Source of the DNA: Candidatus Thorarchaeota archaeon
GTDB lineage: Archaea; Asgardarchaeota; Thorarchaeia; Thorarchaeales; Thorarchaeaceae
NCBI GenBank assembly: GCA_016933575.1
Contig: JAFGAR010000151.1
Span: forward strand, 96,001-160,000
DNA length: 64,000 nt
Direction: 5' to 3'
Shown: positions 45,729 through 55,607 of the stretch, piece by piece
How positions within the stretch are numbered: position 1 is the stretch's first letter
How the letters are laid out: the number at the start of each line of letters is the position of its first letter
Position numbers and translations under genes: made by a program
Notes under the pieces: generated by a model
Seen by the model: the letters and a program-made list of their open reading frames with translations, nothing else
Told to the model about the DNA's origin: nothing
Databases searched by the model: none

Positions 45729-46493
45729 TTATACAACAATGATTCCCATTAGTATAGCAGCAATGAACATCACAACACATGAGATCATTGGAAGAGTAAC
45801 ATTGTCTGTTCCTTTAGGACTCACAAGTTCTACAAGAGTGGCTGTGGTAGCTCCAATGAGAGCAAGAACAACCATGTTGATATAATCAGCAGTAGTGATA
45901 AACACTCCATAATTAACAATCCCAAACCACCAGAATGCGATTATTGCACCCAAAAAACCAAAGATGAAGAGTGCTAAGCATCCGTGAGTGCTTCTCTTTG
46001 ACCCAAAGATTGTGCGTGTGCAATTTGTTCCATATTTCATACCAATCGGGGCACTCATTCCATCGCCAAGCATCATGATATGAATTGCAGCTGCAGGTAT
46101 GAAATATATCGCCTCATTTCCTGTGAAGGTGAAAATTGCAGTAAGGATAGTAATAGAAACTGCATACCAGAAAGGTCCTCTAACACTACCATGTTCCAGA
46201 TCTTCCGGTCGTGCCATCGCTGCAAAGAATCGGCCGAAACGCTCTGAATTTGCCATACCTAGCATCAAGACGAATGTGAGTGCTACGAAAGTTGCAACCC
46301 AAGGATGTGGATAAAACGGGACTGTCCAAATTGCTGCTCCCGCGAATAGATGCACTATCTTTCTTGTAAAATCTGAACCAAAGTTCATCTTTCTCCTCGC
46401 GACATCTGCAATTGTAAGTATGATAATGGCATAAATTATTGCGATGAAGAAGACTATAATATCATCCAGAACAATGGTGAAATCAACCTGCAA
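45729..46493 (-). CDS. Dolichol/phytol kinase-like (cytidylyltransferase family) membrane protein
   Basis: TRKIVH, GP.WY, GDG.SA.IG.KYG, KRS..G, ELVSP.GTDN. Confidence 0.88.
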   Translation of the reverse strand: MQVDFTIVLDDIIVFFIAIIYAIIILTIADVARRKMNFGSDFTRKIVHLFAGAAIWTVPFYPHPWVATFVALTFVLMLGMANSERFGRFFAAMARPEDLEHGSVRGPFWYAVSITILTAIFTFTGNEAIYFIPAAAIHIMMLGDGMSAPIGMKYGTNCTRTIFGSKRSTHGCLALFIFGFLGAIIAFWWFGIVNYGVFITTADYINMVVLALIGATTATLVELVSPKGTDNVTLPMISCVVMFIAAILMGIIVV

Positions 46494-46557
46494 GATAATC
46501 GTTCTCCAGAATTAATGCCATGAAAACTAGGGAATATAGTTATCGGCAGTTGTAAAA

Positions 46558-47370
46558 TCACTCTTCGACAGGTGTTGATGTCAACCCTGTTACCTTCTCT
46601 AATTCTCGTATAGTATTTTTAACCAGTTCTTTAAGATCCTGATTGTCATTCCCTCGTGCAGACACCCATACTCTCAATGTCTTTGATGTTCCATATGTCT
46701 TAGGCATTGACTTTACGTAGACACCTGGATGTTTCTTCATAGCTATATCTATAGCTGGAGAAAATACCGACTCGTCATGTATACCAAACTCCACAACCTT
46801 TTCATAAAATCTCTGAGTCACATTCTCGATTATCCAAGGGACTATTGAATCTTCAAAGATGAATTTCAGCTCACTAGGAACTCCCGGCAGACAGAAAATC
46901 ACAACTTCCTCAAGTTGAATCATCACACCTGGAGCACCCCCAACTCGATTATCTAGGGGAGTTGCACCTTCTGGTATGTGAGCCATTTTTCTTCTTGCTT
47001 CTGTTATGTCAGGTGAGCTGACTATTCCTCTCTCATATAGTGACTGATATTGCCGTTTAACGATGGAGAGTGCGTCTGAATTTTCAACGACTTTACGACC
47101 AATTGCTTTTCCTATCGCTTTCAAGGTCATATCATCATGAGTTGGTCCAAGACCTCCAGTGGTTATGATAATGTCGCAAGAATCTCTTAGAAAATTCAAA
47201 GCTTCTCTAATCTCATCCAACTCATCCCTTACAGATACTAGTCGTTTGATATGAGCTCCTTGAGCAACAAGTCTTAGTTCCATCCAATTCGAATTCGTAT
47301 CAAGAACAACGCCATCAAGAACTTCATTCCCAATTGCCAAGATTCCAACCGTTTTTGATTCTCTTTTCAT
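46558..47370 (-). CDS. CinA-like/MoCF-binding domain protein (COG1058)
   Basis: IGNEVLDG.VLDTN, TTGGLGPTHDDMT, N.VG.APG, LPGVPSE. Confidence 0.9.
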   Translation of the reverse strand: MKRESKTVGILAIGNEVLDGVVLDTNSNWMELRLVAQGAHIKRLVSVRDELDEIREALNFLRDSCDIIITTGGLGPTHDDMTLKAIGKAIGRKVVENSDALSIVKRQYQSLYERGIVSSPDITEARRKMAHIPEGATPLDNRVGGAPGVMIQLEEVVIFCLPGVPSELKFIFEDSIVPWIIENVTQRFYEKVVEFGIHDESVFSPAIDIAMKKHPGVYVKSMPKTYGTSKTLRVWVSARGNDNQDLKELVKNTIRELEKVTGLTSTPVEE

Positions 47371-47383
47371 AGATATCAGACTC

Positions 47384-48061
47384 CTATGAATCCGAACTTA
47401 ATTCTGAACCAAGAATTCTAGTCAAGTTCTGTAGTGTTTCAAGTCGTTCAATTGCAAGCTCTTTCCCTCTTTCAGTAACAACACTTCTCGCAATTTTTTC
47501 TGCAAGTGGGAGAAATTCAACAAGTTTAGTATGGAACTCAAGGAGACTATTTCCTGGATAGATTCTAATCCCATTCAAAATATATTGCAGTAATCCTACT
47601 AACCCAAGTTTATGTATCTTGTCCGCTTCCCAAAGGATTTGTGCCTCGATTGGACTTAGAGGTGCTTCCAAGGTAAGTCCTACATGTTTCTTAATTACAT
47701 CACAGACCTTTCTAATAAGCAACTCTTCAAACCCATTCTTGAGGAGCCAATCTTTTGCTAGTTCCGCGCTCGCTACTCCATGGTCGCGAATTGCTACGCC
47801 GCCGAGACCTGGCTTTGCAAAATCATGGAACCAAGCGGCAAGGCTAACGACTTCTATGTCTGCATCTATCTTTGACGCAAGATGTTTTGCAAGGTTAACG
47901 ACCTGTTCTACATGGTCTCCACGATAATTATAAAGCGGAACATTCTGATTCTCAGATGCATCCTTCCATTCTTCAATAGCTGCCACGCTGGTAGTAGCTA
48001 TTACCATCTTCTTAATCTGAACCTCAATATCTGGTCTCATTTTGTGTCTAAAAGGTTTCAA
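47384..48061 (-). CDS. HD-domain phosphohydrolase
   Basis: H...V, AAWFHD.AK, H...SA, H......., EADK. Confidence 0.88.
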   Translation of the reverse strand: MKPFRHKMRPDIEVQIKKMVIATTSVAAIEEWKDASENQNVPLYNYRGDHVEQVVNLAKHLASKIDADIEVVSLAAWFHDFAKPGLGGVAIRDHGVASAELAKDWLLKNGFEELLIRKVCDVIKKHVGLTLEAPLSPIEAQILWEADKIHKLGLVGLLQYILNGIRIYPGNSLLEFHTKLVEFLPLAEKIARSVVTERGKELAIERLETLQNLTRILGSELSSDS

Positions 48062-48085
48062 GCTTTGTCGCTCTTATGAATTATC

Positions 48086-48859
48086 TTACTTTGGTCTAAT
48101 TCTAGAATACAATCGACATATGTTTTCAAGAACTATTTTTCCAATTTCTTCTTCTTCCATGTGAAGTATTGATGCTATCTCTCGTAATGCAATTGGTAGG
48201 TTTGCTGGTTCATTCAACTGTCCAATTACTGGACTAAGGACAGGACTGTCGGTTTCAATCAATAGACGATCAATTGCTACAGCTTTGACTAATTTTCTCT
48301 TTTGTGGCGATCTCACAACTGAAGTAGGTATTGAAAAATAGTAACCTAGTTCAGTTGATGCAATTCTAGCCAAATTTGATTTTCCGTCAAATGCATGCAG
48401 ATGAACCCTCTGTGCACCATTATTTCTTAATACAGCAAGTGCAGCTGCACCAGCTGACCTAGAGTGAATTTGTATTGGCAACTTCAATTCTAATGCTAAA
48501 TCTATCATCTTGACAAATACAGATTCTTGTTTCTTTCTTTCATCATGATCTCTTTCTAAATAGTGATCAAGTCCGCACTCTCCTATCGCGATAATGCTAT
48601 CTCTATGTTCTTTGATTAATGAAATCGCTTTTTCGCATTCATAATGATTGATTGGATTCAAACCCAAGGCTGTGTATATTGATGCAGATGAGCTGGCAAG
48701 CTCTAAATTTAGCGAGTATTGATCAATTCTTGTCGCTGATGTTATCATCACAATATCTCGCTCGATTGCCCTCTTTATAATTTCATTACGATTCTGATCA
48801 TATTCTAATTCGCCAAGATGGCAATGTGTATCAATCATTTTCAATTGCATCGCGCTCAT
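48086..48859 (-). CDS. tatD: TatD-family hydrolase/DNase
   Basis: IDTHCHL, IGECGLD, IHSR, HLHAF, IETDSP, NEP.N. Confidence 0.92.
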   Translation of the reverse strand: MSAMQLKMIDTHCHLGELEYDQNRNEIIKRAIERDIVMITSATRIDQYSLNLELASSSASIYTALGLNPINHYECEKAISLIKEHRDSIIAIGECGLDHYLERDHDERKKQESVFVKMIDLALELKLPIQIHSRSAGAAALAVLRNNGAQRVHLHAFDGKSNLARIASTELGYYFSIPTSVVRSPQKRKLVKAVAIDRLLIETDSPVLSPVIGQLNEPANLPIALREIASILHMEEEEIGKIVLENICRLYSRIRPK

Positions 48860-48956
48860 TTTACTGTTTAATAGATCTCATGAATTTTAGTACTCACTAG
48901 TTTTCTTGGACTTCGTGGGAAAAATAATTTAGGGCACAGTCAATTGTCAGATTGCT

Positions 48957-49940
48957 GTGACGAATTTGGATGTGAAATGGACAATTAGAAGATTCAATCC
49001 TTCAGATCGACCTCATTATCTAGCCTGGAGGAAGTTAGTAGCACACAGAGACAAAAATCCCGAGTTCATAGAGTGGGAATACTACTCATCACCATATGGA
49101 CCTGTAGAAACATGGGTCGCGGATGTCGATGGTAAAATTGTTGGTCAGTACTCTCTTCAACGATACGATTGCTACTACTTTGGAAAGCTTATACGAGCAT
49201 CACTATGTTTCGATGTAGCAACGCATCCTGATTACAGGAACCAAGGAATGTTCACCAAGTTGGGTTTCCATTCCTTGAAGAAGGAAGGAGAAAGTAATGT
49301 TTCTTTTACAATTGGATTTCCTTGGGTGGGGGGCATCGCAATCCCTGGACATATGAAAGTCGGATGGTCAAAGCTTGGTGAATTGGGCATTTATTCAAAG
49401 ACTGACCTTATCACAAATGAACACCAAGATATCGACGCATTTCAGATAAAACAAATCACCACATTTGATGATCGATTCGATGAACTAGCAGAAACTCACA
49501 AAACCGACTTGCCTATAATGCTTAAGCGAAGTGCAGCGTATCTTAATTGGAGATACATTCAGAAACTGGGCTATGTTTATCACTGCTTTGAAATTCTGAA
49601 AGGTGAACAATTAGTTGGATATTTCATTTTGAAACTATATGTGAGTGAGAAGAGCAAGACCCTTCATATCATTGATTATATCATTCCAAAGAATCCATCT
49701 CTCTATCAAGAAGTACTTGATTTCGTCATTACTTATGCAAAGAATAATGATGTCCAGAAGGTCAACCTTGTTATCAATGAAAACCATCATTTCTTTCAAT
49801 TCCTAGAAGAATCCAATTTCAATCGTGAAGAGCGATTCTTCATACCAATAGTACATAGAAACAACGATACGATTGACAATGACCTGTTGATTGATTTCAA
49901 GAATCATTACCTAACAATGGGTGACAATGATATCTTCTGA
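48957..49940 (+). CDS. GNAT-family N-acetyltransferase (tandem fold), glycan-locus associated
   Basis: W.Y..SP.G, DVATHPDYRNQGMF, GFP, R...YLNWRY, MGD.DIF. Confidence 0.85.
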   Translation: MTNLDVKWTIRRFNPSDRPHYLAWRKLVAHRDKNPEFIEWEYYSSPYGPVETWVADVDGKIVGQYSLQRYDCYYFGKLIRASLCFDVATHPDYRNQGMFTKLGFHSLKKEGESNVSFTIGFPWVGGIAIPGHMKVGWSKLGELGIYSKTDLITNEHQDIDAFQIKQITTFDDRFDELAETHKTDLPIMLKRSAAYLNWRYIQKLGYVYHCFEILKGEQLVGYFILKLYVSEKSKTLHIIDYIIPKNPSLYQEVLDFVITYAKNNDVQKVNLVINENHHFFQFLEESNFNREERFFIPIVHRNNDTIDNDLLIDFKNHYLTMGDNDIF

Positions 49941-50006
49941 ATTCGAATCTTCATACAATAAGATAACCCTTAATTGCACATCTCGTTACAAGAGAAAACC
50001 AATTCA

Positions 50007-50678
50007 ATGAGGTTCCTCGCCTTGAAAATTCAATCGAAACATGCACTCTTCTTATCCGCTCATGCTGACGATGCAGAATTTGGCTGTGGTGGTATTATTC
50101 AGAAATTGATTGCTGCTGGGACCAAAGTCACTTCACTCGTATTCTCAATTGCAGAAGAAGCAGCAGACACAACAAAATACCCAAGAAACATTCGTAAATC
50201 TGAGTGTGAAGATGCTGCTAAAGTCTTAGGAATAGAAGACTTACGAATATTGACCTTTCCAGTAAGAACATTCCCTAGTCGAAGACAAGAGATTCTGCAG
50301 GCGATTGTTGATATCCGAAAAGAGAATGAATTCGACTTAGTTCTCACGCATTGGCCCAATGATATTCATCAAGATCATCAAATCGTTGCAATTGAATCAC
50401 TGAGAGCATTCAAAGGAGGCGAAGCGACTGTTATGAGTTACGAGGTTCCCTTGGATTGCCTAAGTTTTTCACCCAACGTTTTTGTACCTCTTACTGAAAA
50501 AGAAGTGGATCGTAAAATTGAAGCTATATGGTGTTATCAATCCGAAGTTGCACGAAGAAGCTATTTTTCAAAAGATATGATTCGTTCCGCACTTGGATAC
50601 AGAGGTCCTTTTGCACAGACAGTCTATGCGGAAGCATTTGAATTGAAGATTCTTGTTGCAAATGTTGAATCATACTGA
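50007..50678 (+). CDS. PIG-L/LmbE-family de-N-acetylase
   Basis: AHADDAE.G.GG, R..E...AA..LG, D.HQDH, YQSE, YAEAF. Confidence 0.9.
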   Translation: MRFLALKIQSKHALFLSAHADDAEFGCGGIIQKLIAAGTKVTSLVFSIAEEAADTTKYPRNIRKSECEDAAKVLGIEDLRILTFPVRTFPSRRQEILQAIVDIRKENEFDLVLTHWPNDIHQDHQIVAIESLRAFKGGEATVMSYEVPLDCLSFSPNVFVPLTEKEVDRKIEAIWCYQSEVARRSYFSKDMIRSALGYRGPFAQTVYAEAFELKILVANVESY

Positions 50679-50733
50679 GTATTTATTGTATGATTCTTAT
50701 AATTCAAAAAATAGACATATACTTGAAGATGCA

Positions 50734-51972
50734 TCACGAATCGACAACAGTTTTCAAGACTGATGCTAGGTCTGCAGTAAGAATCCTGCGACTGAATCGT
50801 TGACTATCCTCTGTTGAGGGACCTAGAATTTGTTCTCCCCTCTTGAACATATCAAGGAACTCTATGATTTTCGTTGCACCTTCTTCTGGTTTTAAGCCAT
50901 TGACTGAAGTTCCAAGACCGTTTCTAGTAATGAAATCACCAAACACCTCAGGATTGTCAAAGCTTAGTGTGGGGTGACCAGATGCGGCATATTCGAATAT
51001 CTTTGCTGGAAATGATCTACTTACCATACCCCCAAATTGCACTAAAACATGACATTGATGAATGAAGGATAGTGCTTCAAAATGAGGAACAAATCCCCGA
51101 ATAGAAATCAAATCATCAACATTCATCCTCCTTGCTTCATTCTTCACAAATTTTGGTTGCATATTACCTACAAAAACAACATCAATCAGCTCACGCATTT
51201 CGGGTCTTTGCTTCAAGGCAAGGTTGAGAGATTCGAAAAATGGCCTTGGTGACACTTTTCCATATATGGAGCCAACATAACCAAATACAAATCTATCATT
51301 GGGTGGATTTCTCATTTCGACTGAGAAGTCGTCAGGATCATAACCATTTGTTATCATTGTGATACGTTCTTCCGATTGACCTAATTTTTCAGAAAGGTCT
51401 ACGCTATGGCTTTCATTAGTTGTAATCAGATGGTCAAAACTTGCCAGTAGTTTTCTTTCATAAAGTGAATAGAACTTCTTATGACACTTTGTTGGCCACT
51501 TCATGAACTCATTTGTTGTATAAGGATCTCTCAAATCAGCAATAATAGGAATTTTGTATATTTTATTCAAAGCTCTAGCGACTCTGAGAGCGGAGTACGG
51601 TGGAGCAGTAGCAATAATCGCTTCATAATTGCCTTCCTTTATCAGTTTCTTTCCTGTTCTTATTGCATCTGGTACCCAATCATATTGCGCATCAAGGAAT
51701 GAGTAAAGCAGTGATTGTCTTCTAAGAGGTCCTTTGGCAATTCTCCCGAGTGTACTAAAAATTGGTAGTCGATAGCTTCTCGCAATTTTCTGTCCTCTGG
51801 GTATTGACGCAAGCATTGATAGATCATTGGGATAATGTCCATCATTTTTCACAGATAATACACTTGATCTCCACCCGTATTCGGGTAGGTATTTAGAAAA
51901 TTGGAGTGGTCTGACAGAGCCAACACTACCTAATGGTGGGTAGAAGTATGCAATGAATAATACTTCTCTCAT
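50734..51972 (-). CDS. Glycosyltransferase family 4
   Basis: AYFYPP.G..G..R, ATAPPY, DLRDP, ITNGYD, YVGS.Y, PAKIFEY..SG.P. Confidence 0.9.
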   Translation of the reverse strand: MREVLFIAYFYPPLGSVGSVRPLQFSKYLPEYGWRSSVLSVKNDGHYPNDLSMLASIPRGQKIARSYRLPIFSTLGRIAKGPLRRQSLLYSFLDAQYDWVPDAIRTGKKLIKEGNYEAIIATAPPYSALRVARALNKIYKIPIIADLRDPYTTNEFMKWPTKCHKKFYSLYERKLLASFDHLITTNESHSVDLSEKLGQSEERITMITNGYDPDDFSVEMRNPPNDRFVFGYVGSIYGKVSPRPFFESLNLALKQRPEMRELIDVVFVGNMQPKFVKNEARRMNVDDLISIRGFVPHFEALSFIHQCHVLVQFGGMVSRSFPAKIFEYAASGHPTLSFDNPEVFGDFITRNGLGTSVNGLKPEEGATKIIEFLDMFKRGEQILGPSTEDSQRFSRRILTADLASVLKTVVDS

Positions 51973-52375
51973 TTCCTTTTCACACACTCGTCTTTTTTTA
52001 CTAGAGGCTATGCTTATTCTTTCCTATTGCTTGTTCCAAAATTCCCAATCTTTTCAATATAACCAATTAGAGTTTTTTAGCCTGGCAAAATGCTGTATCT
52101 CTAGTTTATCCATTTTGACCCTATTGATAGCTTGGGGTCGTATTACTCCAATGGCTAAGATTCAATTCAGGAGAGCATGTAGTAGGAGATAATGAAGGAA
52201 AATCCAAAGAATGAGATAAAGGTTATTACTTCAAAACAGATGATAGACACAAATCTGTAGATATATGACTTCCAATAGTTCCCAAGCTACCGTAGAATAG
52301 ATCCTTTTTCAATTGATGAGAATTGAAACGTATCGTCAGAAGGAGATATATGACCGAGAGGCTATCGAATAAATC

Positions 52376-52903
52376 ATGACGAATAATCAGGGTGTAAGGA
52401 TAATTAAAACGAAATTCAAAGAGGCTGTGCTAATTGAACCTGTTGTTCATGATGATTACAGAGGTTACTTCAAAGAAACATTCAGAAAGAATTTGTACCA
52501 CGAATTAGGGATTGACACAGAATTTGTACAAGACAATGTTTCTTGGTCATATAGAAACGTCATAAGAGGAATGCATTTTGATTTTAATGTCGCGAAGCTT
52601 GTTCAAGTAGTACAGGGACGAACATACCATGTTATAGCGGATATGCGCGAAAGCTCGGAAACCTACAAAGAATGGCAATCCTTCATATTATCAGATTCAA
52701 ATCATCGTCAATTGTTTGTACCTGCAGGCTTTGCAAATGGCTTTCTTGTTCTAAGCGATACAGCCTTGGTTCACTATAAACAAGGGACATATTGGAACTC
52801 AGAAACCGATCAAGGATTTCCATGGGATGATCCTTCAATAGGTATCAAATGGCCGATTGAGAATCCAATCCTCTCAGAAAAAGATGGTATGAAGTTCAGG
52901 TGA
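52376..52903 (+). CDS. rmlC: dTDP-4-dehydrorhamnose 3,5-epimerase
   Basis: D.RGYF.E, FVQDN.S.S..NV.RGMH, KLV..V.G, VPAGFA, WDDP.IGI.WP, LSEKD. Confidence 0.95.
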   Translation: MTNNQGVRIIKTKFKEAVLIEPVVHDDYRGYFKETFRKNLYHELGIDTEFVQDNVSWSYRNVIRGMHFDFNVAKLVQVVQGRTYHVIADMRESSETYKEWQSFILSDSNHRQLFVPAGFANGFLVLSDTALVHYKQGTYWNSETDQGFPWDDPSIGIKWPIENPILSEKDGMKFR

Positions 52904-53057
52904 ACTTCATCGAATAGGGTGCTATCAACACACAGAGATTCCGTTTGACCTGAATTTCAGATGTCTTCTCATCAATGGAACCTATGTTTTTAAAAGGTAA
53001 TATATTCGAGAATCCACATTGTTCAGTATACTGGATACTTATGGTGTGAATCATCAT

Positions 53058-53786
53058 ATGACAACAATCGTATCAGGTGGATCAGGCAATCTAGCAAAAG
53101 TTCTCAAGGAATCTCATCCTGAGTATTTGTATCTTTCACGAAAAGAGATGGATGTTACAGATCGAGAAACTGTCATGAGTGTCTTCGATAGAGAACATCC
53201 CACAATGTGTATACATCTTGCCGCGAACACAGATGTCGCTGGATGCGAAACAAATCACGATTTAGCATATTCAACCAATTCAATTGGCTGTAGGAACATC
53301 GCTGATGCCTGTATCAAGTATGATACATATGTAATCTATACATCTACAGATTATGTATTCGATGGCGAAAAAGGACTGTATAAAGAGGAAGATCCTCCAA
53401 GTCCGATTAACTACTATGGTCTAACGAAGCTTCTAGGAGAATTTGAAATACGTCATGTTCCCCGGCATCTAATTATAAGAGGCACTATGAAACAGGATAC
53501 AGGTTGGAGACATCCTCGTGTTCCAGACGATATTTTCCAAAGTCTTTTACATTATTCCCAATATAGTTGGATTTTATTTCAATTGATAAAACTGAATCAA
53601 ACTGGTATTATCCATGTTGGTTATGACCGATACAATCTTTATGAATATGCAAAGTCAAGACGTCAGGATGTTGAAGCAATTAAAAGGAGTGACATCAAAT
53701 CGGTGCGTCTACCTGGCGATTGCTCGTTGGACATAACGAAATTAAAATCAATCTTGAATTTGGAGTTAATGCCAAAACCACAATAA
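53058..53786 (+). CDS. rmlD: dTDP-4-dehydrorhamnose reductase-like SDR
   Basis: GGSGNL, HLAANTDV..CE, STDYVFDG, P.NYYGLTK. Confidence 0.88.
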   Translation: MTTIVSGGSGNLAKVLKESHPEYLYLSRKEMDVTDRETVMSVFDREHPTMCIHLAANTDVAGCETNHDLAYSTNSIGCRNIADACIKYDTYVIYTSTDYVFDGEKGLYKEEDPPSPINYYGLTKLLGEFEIRHVPRHLIIRGTMKQDTGWRHPRVPDDIFQSLLHYSQYSWILFQLIKLNQTGIIHVGYDRYNLYEYAKSRRQDVEAIKRSDIKSVRLPGDCSLDITKLKSILNLELMPKPQ

Positions 53787-53815
53787 AACAATATCATAGT
53801 CAGGTGTATGAAAGA

Positions 53816-54763
53816 ATGGTCATTCTAGTAACAGGTGCATGTGGATATCTCGGTTCAGAATTAATCCGGGAATTACCACGAGTCAAGGAGTTCGAAGGTG
53901 AAACTATTCGAATCATGGATAACATGTTTCGAGATCGTTTTGTTTCTTTGTTTGATTTGCCCTCTGGGCGTAGATACGAGATGGTTCATGGAGATGTTCG
54001 CGACGAGGAAAAAGTGCGAATCGCAATGAAGGATGTAACGCATGTCTTCTCGCTCTCTGATATAACCAATGCACCATTATCTTTTGAAAGAAAAGACTTG
54101 ACATTTGAAACCAACTATGAAGGCGCACTGAAAGTGTACACGCAAGCTTCGAATTCAGGAGTTGAACGATTTATCTACACATCAACAGCCTCGGTATATG
54201 GCCTGACAAAAGATATTGTAGATGAAACCTTTGATTGTAACCCCAAGAGTCCATATGGAGAATATAAGCTCAAAGCTGAGAAAGAGATGCAAAAACGTTC
54301 ACGCGAGAATGGTTTTAGTTGGACTGCTCTTAGATTAGGTACTGTCGTGGGACAAACAATTGGAATGAGATTTGATACGGTAATCGATAAGTTCACATTC
54401 TACGCATCAATCGGGCACAGCCTAACCGTATGGGAAACAGCTTTGCAGGAAGCTCGACCATATGTTGAAGTTCGCGATGTTACGCGATCTTACATCTTCT
54501 CGATGAATAATAACAAAATGGACTATGAAGTCTATAATGTTGTAGCTGAAAATCTCAATATGCATCAAGTCATTGAACGGATCAAGAAATATTTCCCCAA
54601 TGTTGATGTGAAAATCTCACCAGCTCCTGATCTGAATCAAGCTAGCTATGTATTATCCTCTGATAAAATCAAGAAAGTCGGTTTTAAGTTTAATTACACG
54701 ATTGATGATGGAATCAATAAACTTGCTTCAAAGTTCTCAGGTCTGAGTGAATTCAAGCAGTAG
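53816..54763 (+). CDS. NAD-dependent sugar epimerase/dehydratase (extended SDR)
   Basis: LVTGACGYLGS, STASVYG, PYGEYK, LR.GTV.G...MRFD. Confidence 0.9.
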   Translation: MVILVTGACGYLGSELIRELPRVKEFEGETIRIMDNMFRDRFVSLFDLPSGRRYEMVHGDVRDEEKVRIAMKDVTHVFSLSDITNAPLSFERKDLTFETNYEGALKVYTQASNSGVERFIYTSTASVYGLTKDIVDETFDCNPKSPYGEYKLKAEKEMQKRSRENGFSWTALRLGTVVGQTIGMRFDTVIDKFTFYASIGHSLTVWETALQEARPYVEVRDVTRSYIFSMNNNKMDYEVYNVVAENLNMHQVIERIKKYFPNVDVKISPAPDLNQASYVLSSDKIKKVGFKFNYTIDDGINKLASKFSGLSEFKQ

Positions 54764-54773
54764 TTCTTTCACC

Positions 54774-55502
54774 TCAACCCTTTCGAGCGAGAAAATTTGC
54801 AGCTCTAAGTAAGGTAGGAAATGTTCCTGTATCTGACCAGAAACCTTTGAGTTTATGTGCTCTACACTGGTTTCTTTGAATATAGTAGTTATTAACATCT
54901 GTGATTTCTAGTTCATTGCGCCACGAATAACCTATGTTCTCTTCGACCCATCCAATTGCATCATAAATATTGCTAGGGTAGAAATAGAGCCCCGTTACGA
55001 TATAATTGGATTTGGGTTTCTTGGGTTTTTCTTCAATTGAAATAACTGAGCCATTAGCATCAAGTTCTGCTACACCAAATCTCTCTGGTTGGTCATTTTC
55101 TGTTAGAAAGAGATTGCACATATCAGGATTTTTTTGGAAATCTTCCACATATTTCTTTATATTATCTTCAAAGATGTTGTCACCAAGAATTACCACAATA
55201 GGTTCTCCATTAGCAAATCTCTTGGTATATTTCAGTGCCTGAGCGATTCCACCCGGTTTATCTTGGTGAACATATGATAAAGTTAGACCAAAATCAGAAC
55301 CACTCCCACAAATCTTTACTATATCTCCTACTCCATTTCCTCCAATTACCATCTGAATATCTTGAATTCCTGCTTCTGCTAATGTATTGATAGGATTGAA
55401 AATCATAGGTCTGTCATAAACTGGCAACAAATGCTTGTTGGTTACTCTCGTGAGTGGATCCAAACGAGAACCAGATCCCCCTGCAAGTATTATCCCTTTC
55501 AT
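54774..55502 (-). CDS. rmlA: Glucose-1-phosphate thymidylyltransferase (short form)
   Basis: MKGIILAGGSGSRL.PLT...NKHLLPVYD.PMI, ILGDNIF, EEKP, RNELEITD, WSDTGT. Confidence 0.93.
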   Translation of the reverse strand: MKGIILAGGSGSRLDPLTRVTNKHLLPVYDRPMIFNPINTLAEAGIQDIQMVIGGNGVGDIVKICGSGSDFGLTLSYVHQDKPGGIAQALKYTKRFANGEPIVVILGDNIFEDNIKKYVEDFQKNPDMCNLFLTENDQPERFGVAELDANGSVISIEEKPKKPKSNYIVTGLYFYPSNIYDAIGWVEENIGYSWRNELEITDVNNYYIQRNQCRAHKLKGFWSDTGTFPTLLRAANFLARKG

Positions 55503-55607
55503 CGTAAAACTCTCCTTAAATAGCTGAACGAATTTAGTTCTCTTCTTAAAATTTGCCATCTTACTTCTTTGAATAATAAAGCTAAAAACAAATCATATAC
55601 CAATTCA

